Positions 35,453-46,829 of a stretch of DNA of 64,000 nucleotides are shown one piece after another. Origin of the DNA: Syncephalis fuscata S228 (Eukaryota; Fungi; Zoopagomycota); the NCBI GenBank assembly GCA_025786725.1, contig JAHLTZ010000018.1:248001-312000 (forward strand), given 5' to 3'. How positions within the stretch are numbered: position 1 is the first letter of the stretch; each line of letters opens with the position of its first letter. Under the pieces are notes generated by a model that made no database searches, had not been told where the DNA came from, and saw only the letters and a list, made by a program, of their open reading frames with translations. The translations under genes and the position numbers were made by a program.

Positions 35453-38179
35453 CTAGCACCCTGGAAATATTGATTATTTCACACTTATAATTAATATATC
35501 ACATAACATATAGTTAGCATATAAATCAATAATTTGTCATATTACTTACTAGCTATTAACACAAATGATCAAATACATGCAACAAGTGATATAAATTAGT
35601 AGATAATTAGCTAATATTCACTGTTACTTACTTTCTATTAATTAAGTTATTGAACATGCACGCGAATGATGTATGATTAGCATACGATTGGTTAATATAT
35701 AATACTATTTACCCTCTATAATTATGCATAAACGAGTGTAAGTGGAATATGGTTAGTATATAGTGCTTAATATATAGTTTCACTACTTCCTATTAATTTA
35801 TGTCATCAAACGAGTGTAGTAAATGCAACATGGTTAGTATATAGCTGCTTAATATATAGTTTACTTACTTTCTATTAATACAAGTTATCAAATACGCACA
35901 GTGCATGTCATATATTAGTATGTAGCTGACTGATATAGGTTTTCATTTACCATCTGTTAATAAAAGTTATCAAACACACGCAGTAAATAGTATATAATTA
36001 GTATATAAATGTTTGTATACGGTGTCACTCACAAGCTATTAATACAAGTTATCAAGTACACATAGTAAATAATGTACAATTAGTATATAAATGTTTTATA
36101 CAGTGTCACTCACAAGCTATTGATACAAGTTATTAGGTACACACAGTAAATAGTGTACAATTAGTATATAGCTGTTAGTATACAGTGCCACTCACGACCT
36201 ATTAATACAAATCGTTAATTACAAACATCGGATGGTATATGTAGTGATATGTAGCTGATTAGTGTACAGTTCCACTTACTTCCTAATAATACAGGTTATT
36301 AAATACATACGGCGTATGCCATGTGATCAATATATAGCTGATTATTATATAATCTCACTTACTATCTATTAATGAAAGTTATCAAATAAACACAGTTTAT
36401 AGCATATTTTAAGTATATAGTTGGTTAACACATATTTTACTTACTTCCTGATAACGCAAATTATTAAATATACAGTAAAAAGTATATACTTAATACATAT
36501 TTAGTTAATATCTAATGTCACTTACCAGCTGTTAATACAAATTGTCAGGATCAACCGGTACATATAATGTGTTTAGTATAGCTTTGGTTGAGCTAAAATG
36601 TTACTTACTGTCTATTAATGAAAAGTTACCAAACACAAAGGTTAAATGTTATATGGTTAATATATATATATAGCCATTATACAATGCCACTTACGAACTG
36701 TTAGCGCAATTTATTAAATACACATAGTAGACGATGCATGTTTAGTATTTAATTAGTTAATATATAATATTACATACTAGCTATTAATGCAAGTTATCAA
36801 AACAAATAAAATGCATGAAATATGCTTAATGTATAGTTTGCTAATACAAATCTTACTTACTTCCTATCAGTGCAATTTATTAAACACATACGATGTATAG
36901 TATATATTTAGTGTATAATTGATTGCTATACAATACCACTTACCAGCTATTAATACGAATCATCAAATACACACATTAAATAGTATATGGTTAGCATCTA
37001 GTTGGTTACTTTACAATACTATTTACCACCTATTAATACAAGTTACCAAACGCACACAGTACATGTCGTATGCTTAGAATATAACTAATTGATCTATAAT
37101 GCCACTTACGTCCTATTGATACAAGTTATTAAACAGTCACAATAAATAATACAAGATTAATATATAGCCAGCTAATATATAACGCCACTTACTAACTAGT
37201 GAACAAACCATTATACATAACATGCATAATTATAATTAAAAAATGGCGAGTTAATGTATAATATCACTTACCAGCTAGTGAACAAGCCATTATGCACATC
37301 ATGCATAGTTATAATTAAAACATGGCGAGTTAGCATATAATTTTACTTACATCCTATTGATACATGTTGTTAGACACATACAATATATGGCATATGCTTA
37401 GTATATAATTGGTTGATATATAATGCCACTTACCGGCTATTAATGCAAATTATTGACCATATATGATGCATATCGTATGCTTAGTATATAGTTGGTTGAT
37501 ATGCTGCAACTTACGGTCTATTAATACAAGTCATTACATTTACACAATAAACGATATGTGATTAACATATAATTGGTTAGTATATAACAGCACCTACCAA
37601 CTATCGATATAAGTTATGAAGCACATGAATTACATGTAAGCTTATCGGTATATAATTAAATTAATATACAACGGCACTTACGAGCTATCCATACAAGTTA
37701 TTAACCACAAAAAATAAACAACATATAATTAGTATATAGCCAATCAATACACAAAGCTACCTACGTTCTATTAACGCAAATTATTAATTGTACACAACGA
37801 ATGGTATGTAGTTAGTAAAAATCAACTAGCATATTATACCACTTACCAACTATTGATGTATATTGTCGATCACAAATGATAAATGGTATATTATTGGTAT
37901 ATAATTAATTAATGCATGATGCCACTTACGATCTATGGATACATAGCATTAAATATACGCAGTGAACACTATGTTTTAGTATATTTTTAAGCAATAATGA
38001 GCTTATTTACCTGGTTGTAAAGTAATTTGTGATATAATTTGTAGTTAGCTAAATAATTAATTAAATATATTGTAGTTGTAACATACCACGACGGATTAGA
38101 ATTGGCTTAGCATCCACCATGGCTGTACTAGCCATAAAAGCAACGACAAGGGTGCAGACGACGGCAACAAAAGCTTCAT
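35453..38179 (-). CDS. Secreted peptide precursor encoded by 30 tandem 3-nt micro-exons (micro-exon gene B, about 63 aa)
   Basis: Signal exon 38179-38087 is 93 nt as assembled; adding one T in CTTTT restores MKLFVAVVCTLVVAFMASTAMVDAKPILIRR and the 94-nt length of the paralogues. It is followed by 30 AG|NNN|GT units from 37932 to 35550 and a last exon 35460-35453 with TAG. The joined frame has no internal stop. Confidence 0.8.
35461..38086 (-). repeat. Degenerate tandem array of ~82-bp intron + 3-nt exon units (about 31 copies)
   Basis: Approximate minus-strand consensus GTAAGTGGCATTATATA..AACCAATTATATACTAA.CATAT...TGTGTGTATTT.ATAACTTGTATTAATAG-NNN; period 74-86 nt. Confidence 0.93.
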
Positions 38180-40141
38180 GTGATATTGATTTGTTAAGAC
38201 AAACTAGTAGAATGATAATAATGTGTAGTTGGTATAAGATAAATAGTAGTAAGTAGAATACGTTGATAATGCCACTAGCTAGTCTTGTGTATTGTGTGGC
38301 CTATTTATATTCATGATTGTTCTGGGGAATAATAGATAATTCTTTAGATTACACCATTGATTTAAAATGCAAACGATAACCACATATTCATGCTATGGCT
38401 TGAACCACATGTATACCAACATAGTGCAGTATTCTAATGTGTAACCACGTTTTTATTTAACCTGTTCAACATTTGTGCGGATGATGTAGCAATATCAATC
38501 ATCTAGTACGTATGCAGTATAAATGCACCTATCAGCCTTTACTGTACTGATACGCATTTCGACCATGTGATACTAACTAAATCTATTGGCTCTACAAAAC
38601 CATGATGGTACATATCCGCGCCTTTGCTGCTATTCTCACTACAAGCTCAATGCTCGGTATTTCAATAGATTCCAAACAGTGCAGCACCAATATAACAACA
38701 ACAATGGCGCTGATGCATCGGATTTCTACTTCCTTAGAAATATCTACTGCTATGCATAAACTAGCTGTATTCTTTGAAACCATTAGAATATACTGATTGG
38801 TTCGCACGTGCATCTAATTCGACGCTGCGGCTTGACTACAGAAATAAGCTGTTTATTTTAGTACAAGGCTACCAAACATTGCTGAAGACCGTGCTGTTGT
38901 TCAAGTATTGTGCTTGCATTACTTATCCATTATTAAGCATGTGTATTTCCAATAATAAAACATTATGTCCAGCTACTAGTGTTGTTTATCTTTTAACGTT
39001 AAAGCAGCGTAAACTGATAAATGACATGTAACTTTATGTAAAGACATTGAGCTATGTTCATCAGGCTGCCTTAACCAATACGCTCAAAGCTGAGGGTACA
39101 GCGGCGGTTCATGCCATATCAAACATCAAAATCATGCTGTGAAAATGCTCCATATAGCAATAACTTGATCAAAATAACTGGTTTGCAATTTGAAATCTGC
39201 ACCAACACTACGCATTCGGCTGCATTTCTATGTCTTGCAATTCAAAGCCAACAGTATATTAAGCAATGTATGCCTATTTTAGCAATATTATCCACCGGTT
39301 ATATCATTTACCGTTTGTCTTCTGTTATACTTGTATACATTGATATTATTTATTGGATAGCATGGAAATAAGCGATATTTAAATGTATTTGGCATTGACA
39401 TTGTATCTATATTTATCATTATATCCGTATCCGTGTATAATTATTGATTGGTTACTGAAATATATTTTATATGTATTGAATATTAATACACGTGTTGTTC
39501 AATAGGGACTTATTGATTTACTTAATAATATTAACCAGCCACTTTGTAAATTGCTTACGACGCTGTATAAAATCTTATTAAACATTAATTGTTTTATTAA
39601 TAATTGCAATAAGCTGTGTTCTATGTTTACTAGACTACACTTATCTATGCATCTTAAACAATAGGCATTCTCGTCATAATTTATTGCTTGACTAGTTGTG
39701 TTTAACAGTTTATTTGCCATTTAGACTGTATTTGCCATAACAGATTTTTGCATGGCATATACAGATTAAATAACACTATTATGACATGTATATATCATAA
39801 TGGTGCTTTATATTTAAAATGCAGTTATTTAGGCATAAAGCTACTAATAAAACAACGCCAAGTAATTTTATGAATTGATGCGTTGTATAAACAAACTGTT
39901 ATATTAGCAAGCAATAAGAAATTTAAATGAATTTTGTTTTATGGATAGTAGTTAATTGTATATACAGTAGATATATCTCCAGTATCGTAGAAGGGAAAAT
40001 GAATGGTGTAAAGTCAGGCGTGCAATTAGTATTGAATCAAATCTCCAGCAATGGTCATATTAAGACATTACAAACATAATTTCACATCTAGTCAACAATT
40101 TGTTACTACACATTCCTCCTTTTCTTTAAACTGTTCTGAAG

Positions 40142-41977
40142 ATGGCCTCATTGAGTGATAAAAAGCTACTGCTGGAATTACAGCGCCGTGAAGGCAATCG
40201 CGTATGTAGATGATGACAGCTAATTTGTTTAATATATTATTCAGTCTTTAAACATACTGACCCACACTCGCATAGACGTGTATCGACTGTGGTTCACCAA
40301 GTCCTCAGTGGGCTTCCGTTACTCTTGGCAGTTTCTTTTGCATCGACTGTTCCGGCCAACATCGCGCGCTTGGTGTTCATGTTAGGTAGGCTTTGTCATT
40401 TGACCAGTATTGTTGTGTTGTTTAGCAAAATAACAACTTATTGAATGCTAATTGGCACTGTTCCTGTACACTAGTTTTGTACGGTCCATCACAATGGACA
40501 AGTGGTCACCCGACCAACTCGAGCGTATGAAGGTGAATAGCAAAGTAATTGTATTGATATAACGATTATAAGTCATGGTTTAGCACGGCGGCAATGCTAA
40601 ACTACTGGCCTTTTTTGAATCGCAATCGGATTATCGTGCCGACATGTCTATTCGCGAGAAATATACTAGCCGATTTGCTGATTTGTACCGAGAAAAGGTA
40701 ATGAAATAGTATTTAGTAAAAATGACCACCACTTAGTTTGCATCTAGTTGACGGCCGATTGCGAGGGACGTGATTGGGTGCCGCCTCCCGCGTCGTCGTC
40801 GTCGCCATCCGCAACAGGATCTCAACCTAAAATAACAAAATCACTTTCGGCGGTACAGCAAGCACGTAGCAAACGAACTCACCAATAACACAGCATCAGC
40901 GCTCTAATTCAGGTAATCTACCACGTTCAGCCACTGCATCTCCGTCCAACACGCGCCCTCTATCTGTTCAAAATGCGGCGTCCGTAGGCCTATTATCAAA
41001 TGATGCTTCCGATGATTATTCGGATGATCCGCGTCAGCGTAAAGATGCTTACTTTGCGCGTATTCAGCGAGAAAACGAAGCTCGTCCGAGTAAGTCGTTG
41101 CTATGCTAGTTATAAATCGTTTTACTGATGCAAAAATAGCCATTTGCCACCGAATCAAGGAGGCAAGTACACAGGATTCGGTAATCCAGCCTGTAAGTAT
41201 TACAGTCATTTCTGGTTAGTCTATAATTAAATAGCCATTTAGTTGAGCATGTTTTCCGTGACAATAGCAGCAGTAGCCAAGGATTTGGCACAGATGATTT
41301 ATTAAATGACCCGCTGGGTTCTCTTTCAAAAGGCTGGAGTTTTTTCTCTTCAAAAGCCACATCTGTTTTATCAGTGGCAGCCACCCAGATGGCCGAGGGT
41401 GCAAAAATTGCCGCAGAAAAGGCCGGCGAGTTTGGCCAGACGTTTAATGAAAGTGTCGTGCAGCCAACGCGTGACACAGTTCAAGATCCCGAATTTAGCA
41501 ATAGAGTTGGTGGATTTATGTCCAGTTTTGGTAGTGCCGTAAGTGCATGCGATTGTTGTATTGTGGATCTATTTCAACTATGATTTATAGGTTGCAACCA
41601 CAGGCCAACGTGGGTTTGGCCTATTGTCTGACGCGGTAACTACGGTAGCAGCTTCGGGTAGTTCAGCAGCACAGACTGGCTTTGGCACACCTCACGGATA
41701 CGCATCGATCAATGATCCAGAATCATCGACATCGCTTATGGACGGCTATGACGACGACGATATCGACGATGACGATCCTATGCATCGTATTCACCAGCCG
41801 CTAGTAAAAGAAAGTGCTACTGCTTCATCACGCTCAACGCCTAGTAATAGTCATCGCGGATATGGCGCTAACGATGGTGGCAATAGCCTTTCTTCGCGTG
41901 GAAAGAATCGTTCAACATCAGATAGTGGCAAGGCCAAAAAGGCCAGCTGGGATGATGATGATTGGACGGATTTCTAA
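40142..41977 (+). CDS. GCS1: ADP-ribosylation factor GTPase-activating protein (Gcs1/ArfGAP1-like)
   Basis: [49 protein letters not shown] zinc finger, [23 protein letters not shown]-terminal WDDDDWTDF*. Confidence 0.92.
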
Positions 41978-42436
41978 CGAGTTAACTTCTATTGTCATTC
42001 TTTATTAGAATGAAATGAAATGATTTAAGTAAATAAAAGACTAGAATGATTAAAGTAAAGCACAATATTTAAACCATAGTGATTAGATTAATTATTTGTA
42101 GCTTTATTAGCTAATGGGCGTTGATATGACATATGCTTGGTCCTAATTAATAAATTTGTATAAACTATGCTAAAGATACCGGCTGATTGGCACAGATGCA
42201 TATCAGGTTATCGTGTAAAAGTATTACGATTGGTGTTAACGACCATTCCATGACGTAACTTTATGCAGCTGTGCATGCAGTACATCAATAGGCCTTTAAA
42301 TAGACAACAGTCTAGGCATGCTATCAAAGCTGCCATCGTATTCCATTCTCTGTTCGCTATTTTCTACTACTCTTACCGCCCTGTTTACCACACTGATTAT
42401 TGTTTTGGTTATTGAACCTTTCTATTTGATATTACC

Positions 42437-43142
42437 ATGAAGCTATCTGTCGCCACCATCGGTGCTTTTGCCATTACTCTTGTAGCTATGATGGCTGTAA
42501 CTGATGCTACCCCAGTCCTTGAACGTCGATGTAAGCTGCAGCCGTATTCAGATTGAAAATCTAATATCGTCTATTTTTACTAATATTTAACGTATTGCAC
42601 TGACACGAACAGTTGGTAAGTTACAAGTACCACTTATCTAGTTTAACATACTAATATGATACAATACAATATAATAGGAGGCAAGCTAAAACGTTAACTG
42701 ATTATCTAGCTATACTAACTATACCGTTTGTTGATTCTACGACAACAGCCGGTATGTTAACTGTCAACGTTTTATTCAAATACTAACTATGCTATGAACA
42801 TTTAACGTTTCAACTAATCTACTAACAACAATAGTTTGTAAGCGTTTATTCCAAATTATACATAAACACATTAGCTAATATTATACTTGATTATTACAAC
42901 AACAGTTTCTAGTAAGTATTTCTGAATAAAGGGTTCGCACATCCATTAAGCAATTTGACTATCTACCTTTTAATCAACAAACACTGGTAACACTTAGTAA
43001 GTCATTGTCTAATTAATTGCTTAGATATTAACTATACGATATCTATAGTATAATTGAATTAACATGGCTATAGACAAAAGTAAGTATAATGATAATGTGT
43101 ATATATAGGCTGCTAATGAGCTATTATATAATAGGAAATTAA
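42437..43142 (+). CDS. Small secreted peptide precursor, micro-exon gene C
   Basis: Exon 1 42437-42530 (94 nt, MKLSVATIGAFAITLVAMMAVTDATPVLERR). Micro-exons TTG 42613-15, GAG 42678-80 (GC donor), CCG 42749-51, TTT 42835-37, TTTCTA 42906-11, ACAAAA 43074-79, last exon 43135-42. Product ...RR-FGAVFSN-KR-N*. Confidence 0.75.
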
Positions 43143-43509
43143 AGCGACAATAAATAGCTAGCTTAATGCTTTGGCTAAAGCCGAACCAAGCATCATTATC
43201 GCCTATTCAAGATGTGTGCCTGACAAAGAACAAGACCCGTTTAATTTGTTTAAGCTTTACGGCATTACAGTTTACAGTATAATCAAATCAAGCACTCTGC
43301 TTTAATTAATAAATGAGCTCGCTGGCTTGAATAAATATATTACCGCTACTTATTCTAAATTTTTATTTGTTTTTGTTTAATTGATATTATTGCTATAGGA
43401 TACACCAATTAAAATGTCATTATACAATGCTCGCCGAATCTTTTAACAGTTATAACAATAAAATCAAGCACATTTCTTATTTACAATCATTGCCAATGCA
43501 TCTTTATGG

Positions 43510-44067
43510 TTAAATTGTACCTTGAATCGCATATCTTACACGATCGACGGATAGTAAACACTCTTTACGAGCGGTCAATGACTCGGCACCCTGATCTTGA
43601 TAGCCAAGTGGGCCATGATCACATTCGGCGCAGCAAAGAAAGCGCAAACCAGCTGATGTACCTTCATTAGACGCATTAACAACTGGTCGCGAAAAGCCCA
43701 TATTTTCAAAAGCAAACACATCGGTTACCATCCAGAAAGCATTGGCGGTATTTGACAAACGATTGGTACTAATATCTTCGATATTACCCACTTGCAGCTA
43801 GCAATGTAAGGTTAATTACTAATAAACAGCTACATTGTCATGTAAACTAACGTACCTGTGCTCCGTCACGAGTCACCAAAATAGCGGCATTAGCCCGAAG
43901 CAGTTTGCAGCGACATCTCTCGCGTGACAATAAATATCCACTGCGTTATATCCACTGTAACTAACTTCGTTATCTGTAAATGATTCCGGGTGATTCCCAG
44001 AATCCAATACACGAGACAAGTCGCTTTGTATGTCAACTAAGCGCGTTAACTCAATAGGTGTAGCCAT
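43510..44067 (-). CDS. RABIF: Mss4/RABIF (Dss4) Rab guanine-nucleotide exchange/chaperone protein (one apparent frameshift)
   Basis: NAVDIYC...CRCKLLR, FWMVTDVFAFENMGFSR, FLCCAECDHGPLGY zinc-binding motifs. Confidence 0.9.
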
Positions 44068-44531
44068 TGTGGAATGGAAAAGAACGGTATTGTAGTTTAA
44101 TAACATTGTTATCATCCAGTGTAAAGGCATCACTAGTAAATTAACGATTTGATTACCAGTGGATATTACACGCTCAACTCGTATTATTAGCCGTAACTCC
44201 ACTATTATTATTATATATTCTAGTGCTATTTAGACTACTGAAACGCCTCTACCTTATATGTATATAGCAACAGCCATGGCAGCTATAATGCTTTACTTAC
44301 TCATATTTATAAACAATAATATCGGCAACATTAGTTTTAGTATAATTAGCTAATGTGTACTAATAGCACACTCGCTGATTCTTGTTCGTTGATCTATCTC
44401 GTTGATTGTATTTTTATGCAATTTATAACAATATATATAACTTGCATCTATATTATTTATCACAATAGCAAATAAAACTATTTATTTTATTGAACAATAA
44501 ATAACAAGCGCAACCTTTAGCTATTTCATAT

Positions 44532-45391
44532 TTATTCTGATCGAGCTTCTGCTTTTAACTGATCCAACATATTGGCAATACGTCCTGCCATAGCCGGTTG
44601 TCCTGTACGTGTTTTAACCATCATACGTTTTCTCGCTTTCCCTCGTTGCTTCTTCTTTTCAGCAATCTCCTTAAGCTGTTGTTCCCGTGCCATTCGTTCT
44701 TTCTAATGATTATATAAATTATAACTGTTATTATCAAATTTATATAATAAATAAAAACTAACCTGTCGAATGGCTTCTAATTCACGTTGCTGTTCTTCCA
44801 TTTGCTGTTGGGCTCGACGCATTGGATTTGGCTTGTGTATTCTAGTTAACTAATTAATGGTTGTAATATCGTTAATTCACTTTTAACTACCTTTCTCTTT
44901 TGTTTTTGCTTAAATTTGCTGAAGAATGATGGCTACCATCATTATCATCATTATCATCATTCAAATCACTTGAATTGTATTCAGCTGTATCATCAACTTC
45001 TCCACCGGATCTCCTGCCTGACATTCTACTGTCATTTCGGTTCTTTTCCCTTTCTGCCTGCTGTTCTTCATCCACTTGAGCAAATATCTAACTAATAAAT
45101 AAGTCATTTAACTCTACATAGATTCAATTAACTAAACGCACTTCTTTGTAGAATTCTGGTGTATCGTCTTTATAGCCTTTTAATACTCGGCTATACTTTT
45201 TCTTTACTGCTGCCTTGTGTAGAATTTGTGCCTGCATTCGTTCAGCTGAATGCCATAGATTAGTCTGACATAGCTATAAGAGAAGCAGCAATATTTACCT
45301 TTACCGCGATAAGTTTCCCCGACCTATCCCAGTGCCCAGCTCGTGCATCACCTCCACGCTGGTTTCTACCGTGTTGTCGTTCTGGTGGCAT
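44532..45391 (-). CDS. rRNA-processing protein Fyv7/TAP26-like
   Basis: Basic, coiled protein with ILHKAAVKKKYSRVLK and C-terminal KTRTGQPAMAGRIANMLDQL typical of the FYV7 family. Confidence 0.78.
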
Positions 45392-45480
45392 GATTAATAA
45401 ACGAATTATTATTATAAAAAGAAAAAATATGAAAGAAATGCGTTAAAAAACAAAATTTATTTTACACCTTTTAGTTATCC

Positions 45481-45950
45481 ATGTCGCTAGTCAACGAATA
45501 CATTGGACGTACAGCAAAAGATGAAGCAAGTTGCTTCATCTGCCACCGTATAACCACTTCAGTATTGACATCAACAAAGTCCAAGCCTGTTGACTGGTTC
45601 TACTGCTGCTTAGGTCATTTAAAAGATACTGGGTTTTGCAAAAAGCAAACGCCAGAGGCAGTTAATTCATCTGCCAGCTCAACAGCAGAAACAGAAACAG
45701 CTAATAAAGAGTCAGAAAAAAAGGAAAAGTTGCCAGAACCTTTGAAATCTCCAGCTACTAGCGAGAAGAGGATAGTAAAAGCCAGAACAACAATATTAAT
45801 ACAGATAGTAATGCCGCACTACCAGATATTTATACTCTACATAGGAGTATTTTCTACTTAAGAGAAAGTCGTTTGGTCGCTCGTCAACGCGCTATAAATA
45901 CACAAAAGACAATGAGTCAACTGCCTAGCGTGCCAAGCAAACGTCTTTGA
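45481..45950 (+). CDS. Vps4-associated protein Vfa1-like (one apparent frameshift near 45768)
   Basis: CFICHR.TTSVL...DWFYCCLGHLKDTGFC; the other frame supplies YTLHRSIFYLR...LPSVP. Confidence 0.8.
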
Positions 45951-46829
45951 ATATGACATAAAACCATTTTGTTCTCTTTTTAAATCATTATAAATTGTTT
46001 GTACGACATAATAATGGACAAAAAAGTTTACAAGGACAGTTATTCAGTATTTAAACTCAATAGCTCTTATCATTATGTTTTGACTTTATGTAATGTCCTA
46101 TTATTTATTTTACTAATGTTTATTAAGTCTGAATATTTTTACAATCATTTGTTATTTGAATCAAAATATAGTAATGTTTAATAAATAAAAAAGATGTTTT
46201 GTAAAAAGATGAGATTACAAAAGATTAATGCAAGTACATAGTGTAAATAGTGTTTGTACTTGACTAGTAGTCAGTCAACTACTGATACTGTCTATATAAG
46301 ATATATAGAGTGTACAAGTATATGCAATGTATACATGTTATCAAGTGTAAAGAAAGAGAAAGGGAAATGTGATGACGTGGATTGTGAGATGTGAGCCTGT
46401 CAGTCAATATTTATAAACAGTCAAGTTTAATTCATTAATAAATGGAGTGTGAAATAATAAAGGTCAATCTACCCAACATGTCGGTGCATCATAGAACAGA
46501 TTGATAGTAAATGAATAAATAAATCAATATGTTATATATAAAAACTTAAATATAACTATCCAAACCTAATATTAGACATTATCTATAAATTATATTGCCT
46601 ACTTTTGTTAGTAAATGAACAATCAAGTTAAAACTGTAGCCTACAACTTAGTATATAGGTGAAACAACAATTTAGTAGCTATTTGGAACAAATTAAATAC
46701 GAATAACGTCACTATTTAATTCTTCTTTCGTTCAGCCACTCCTCCCCCTTCTATTTTTCTCGTTGTTTCACACTGCCGTTGTTATTTACTTGTTACTATT
46801 GTACAACGGCTGCTATATGACTATACGCT

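Noticed and set aside
35461-38086. CRISPR array or plain satellite/centromeric repeat
   Set aside because: The context is eukaryotic, the repeats are degenerate and the variable part is only 3 nt. Conservation concentrates on GT/AG splice signals and the array lies between a signal exon and a stop exon.
38592-39720. Short ORFs between gene B and the ArfGAP gene
   Set aside because: They are short, overlap on both strands and show no motifs or consistent splice structure; probably non-coding.
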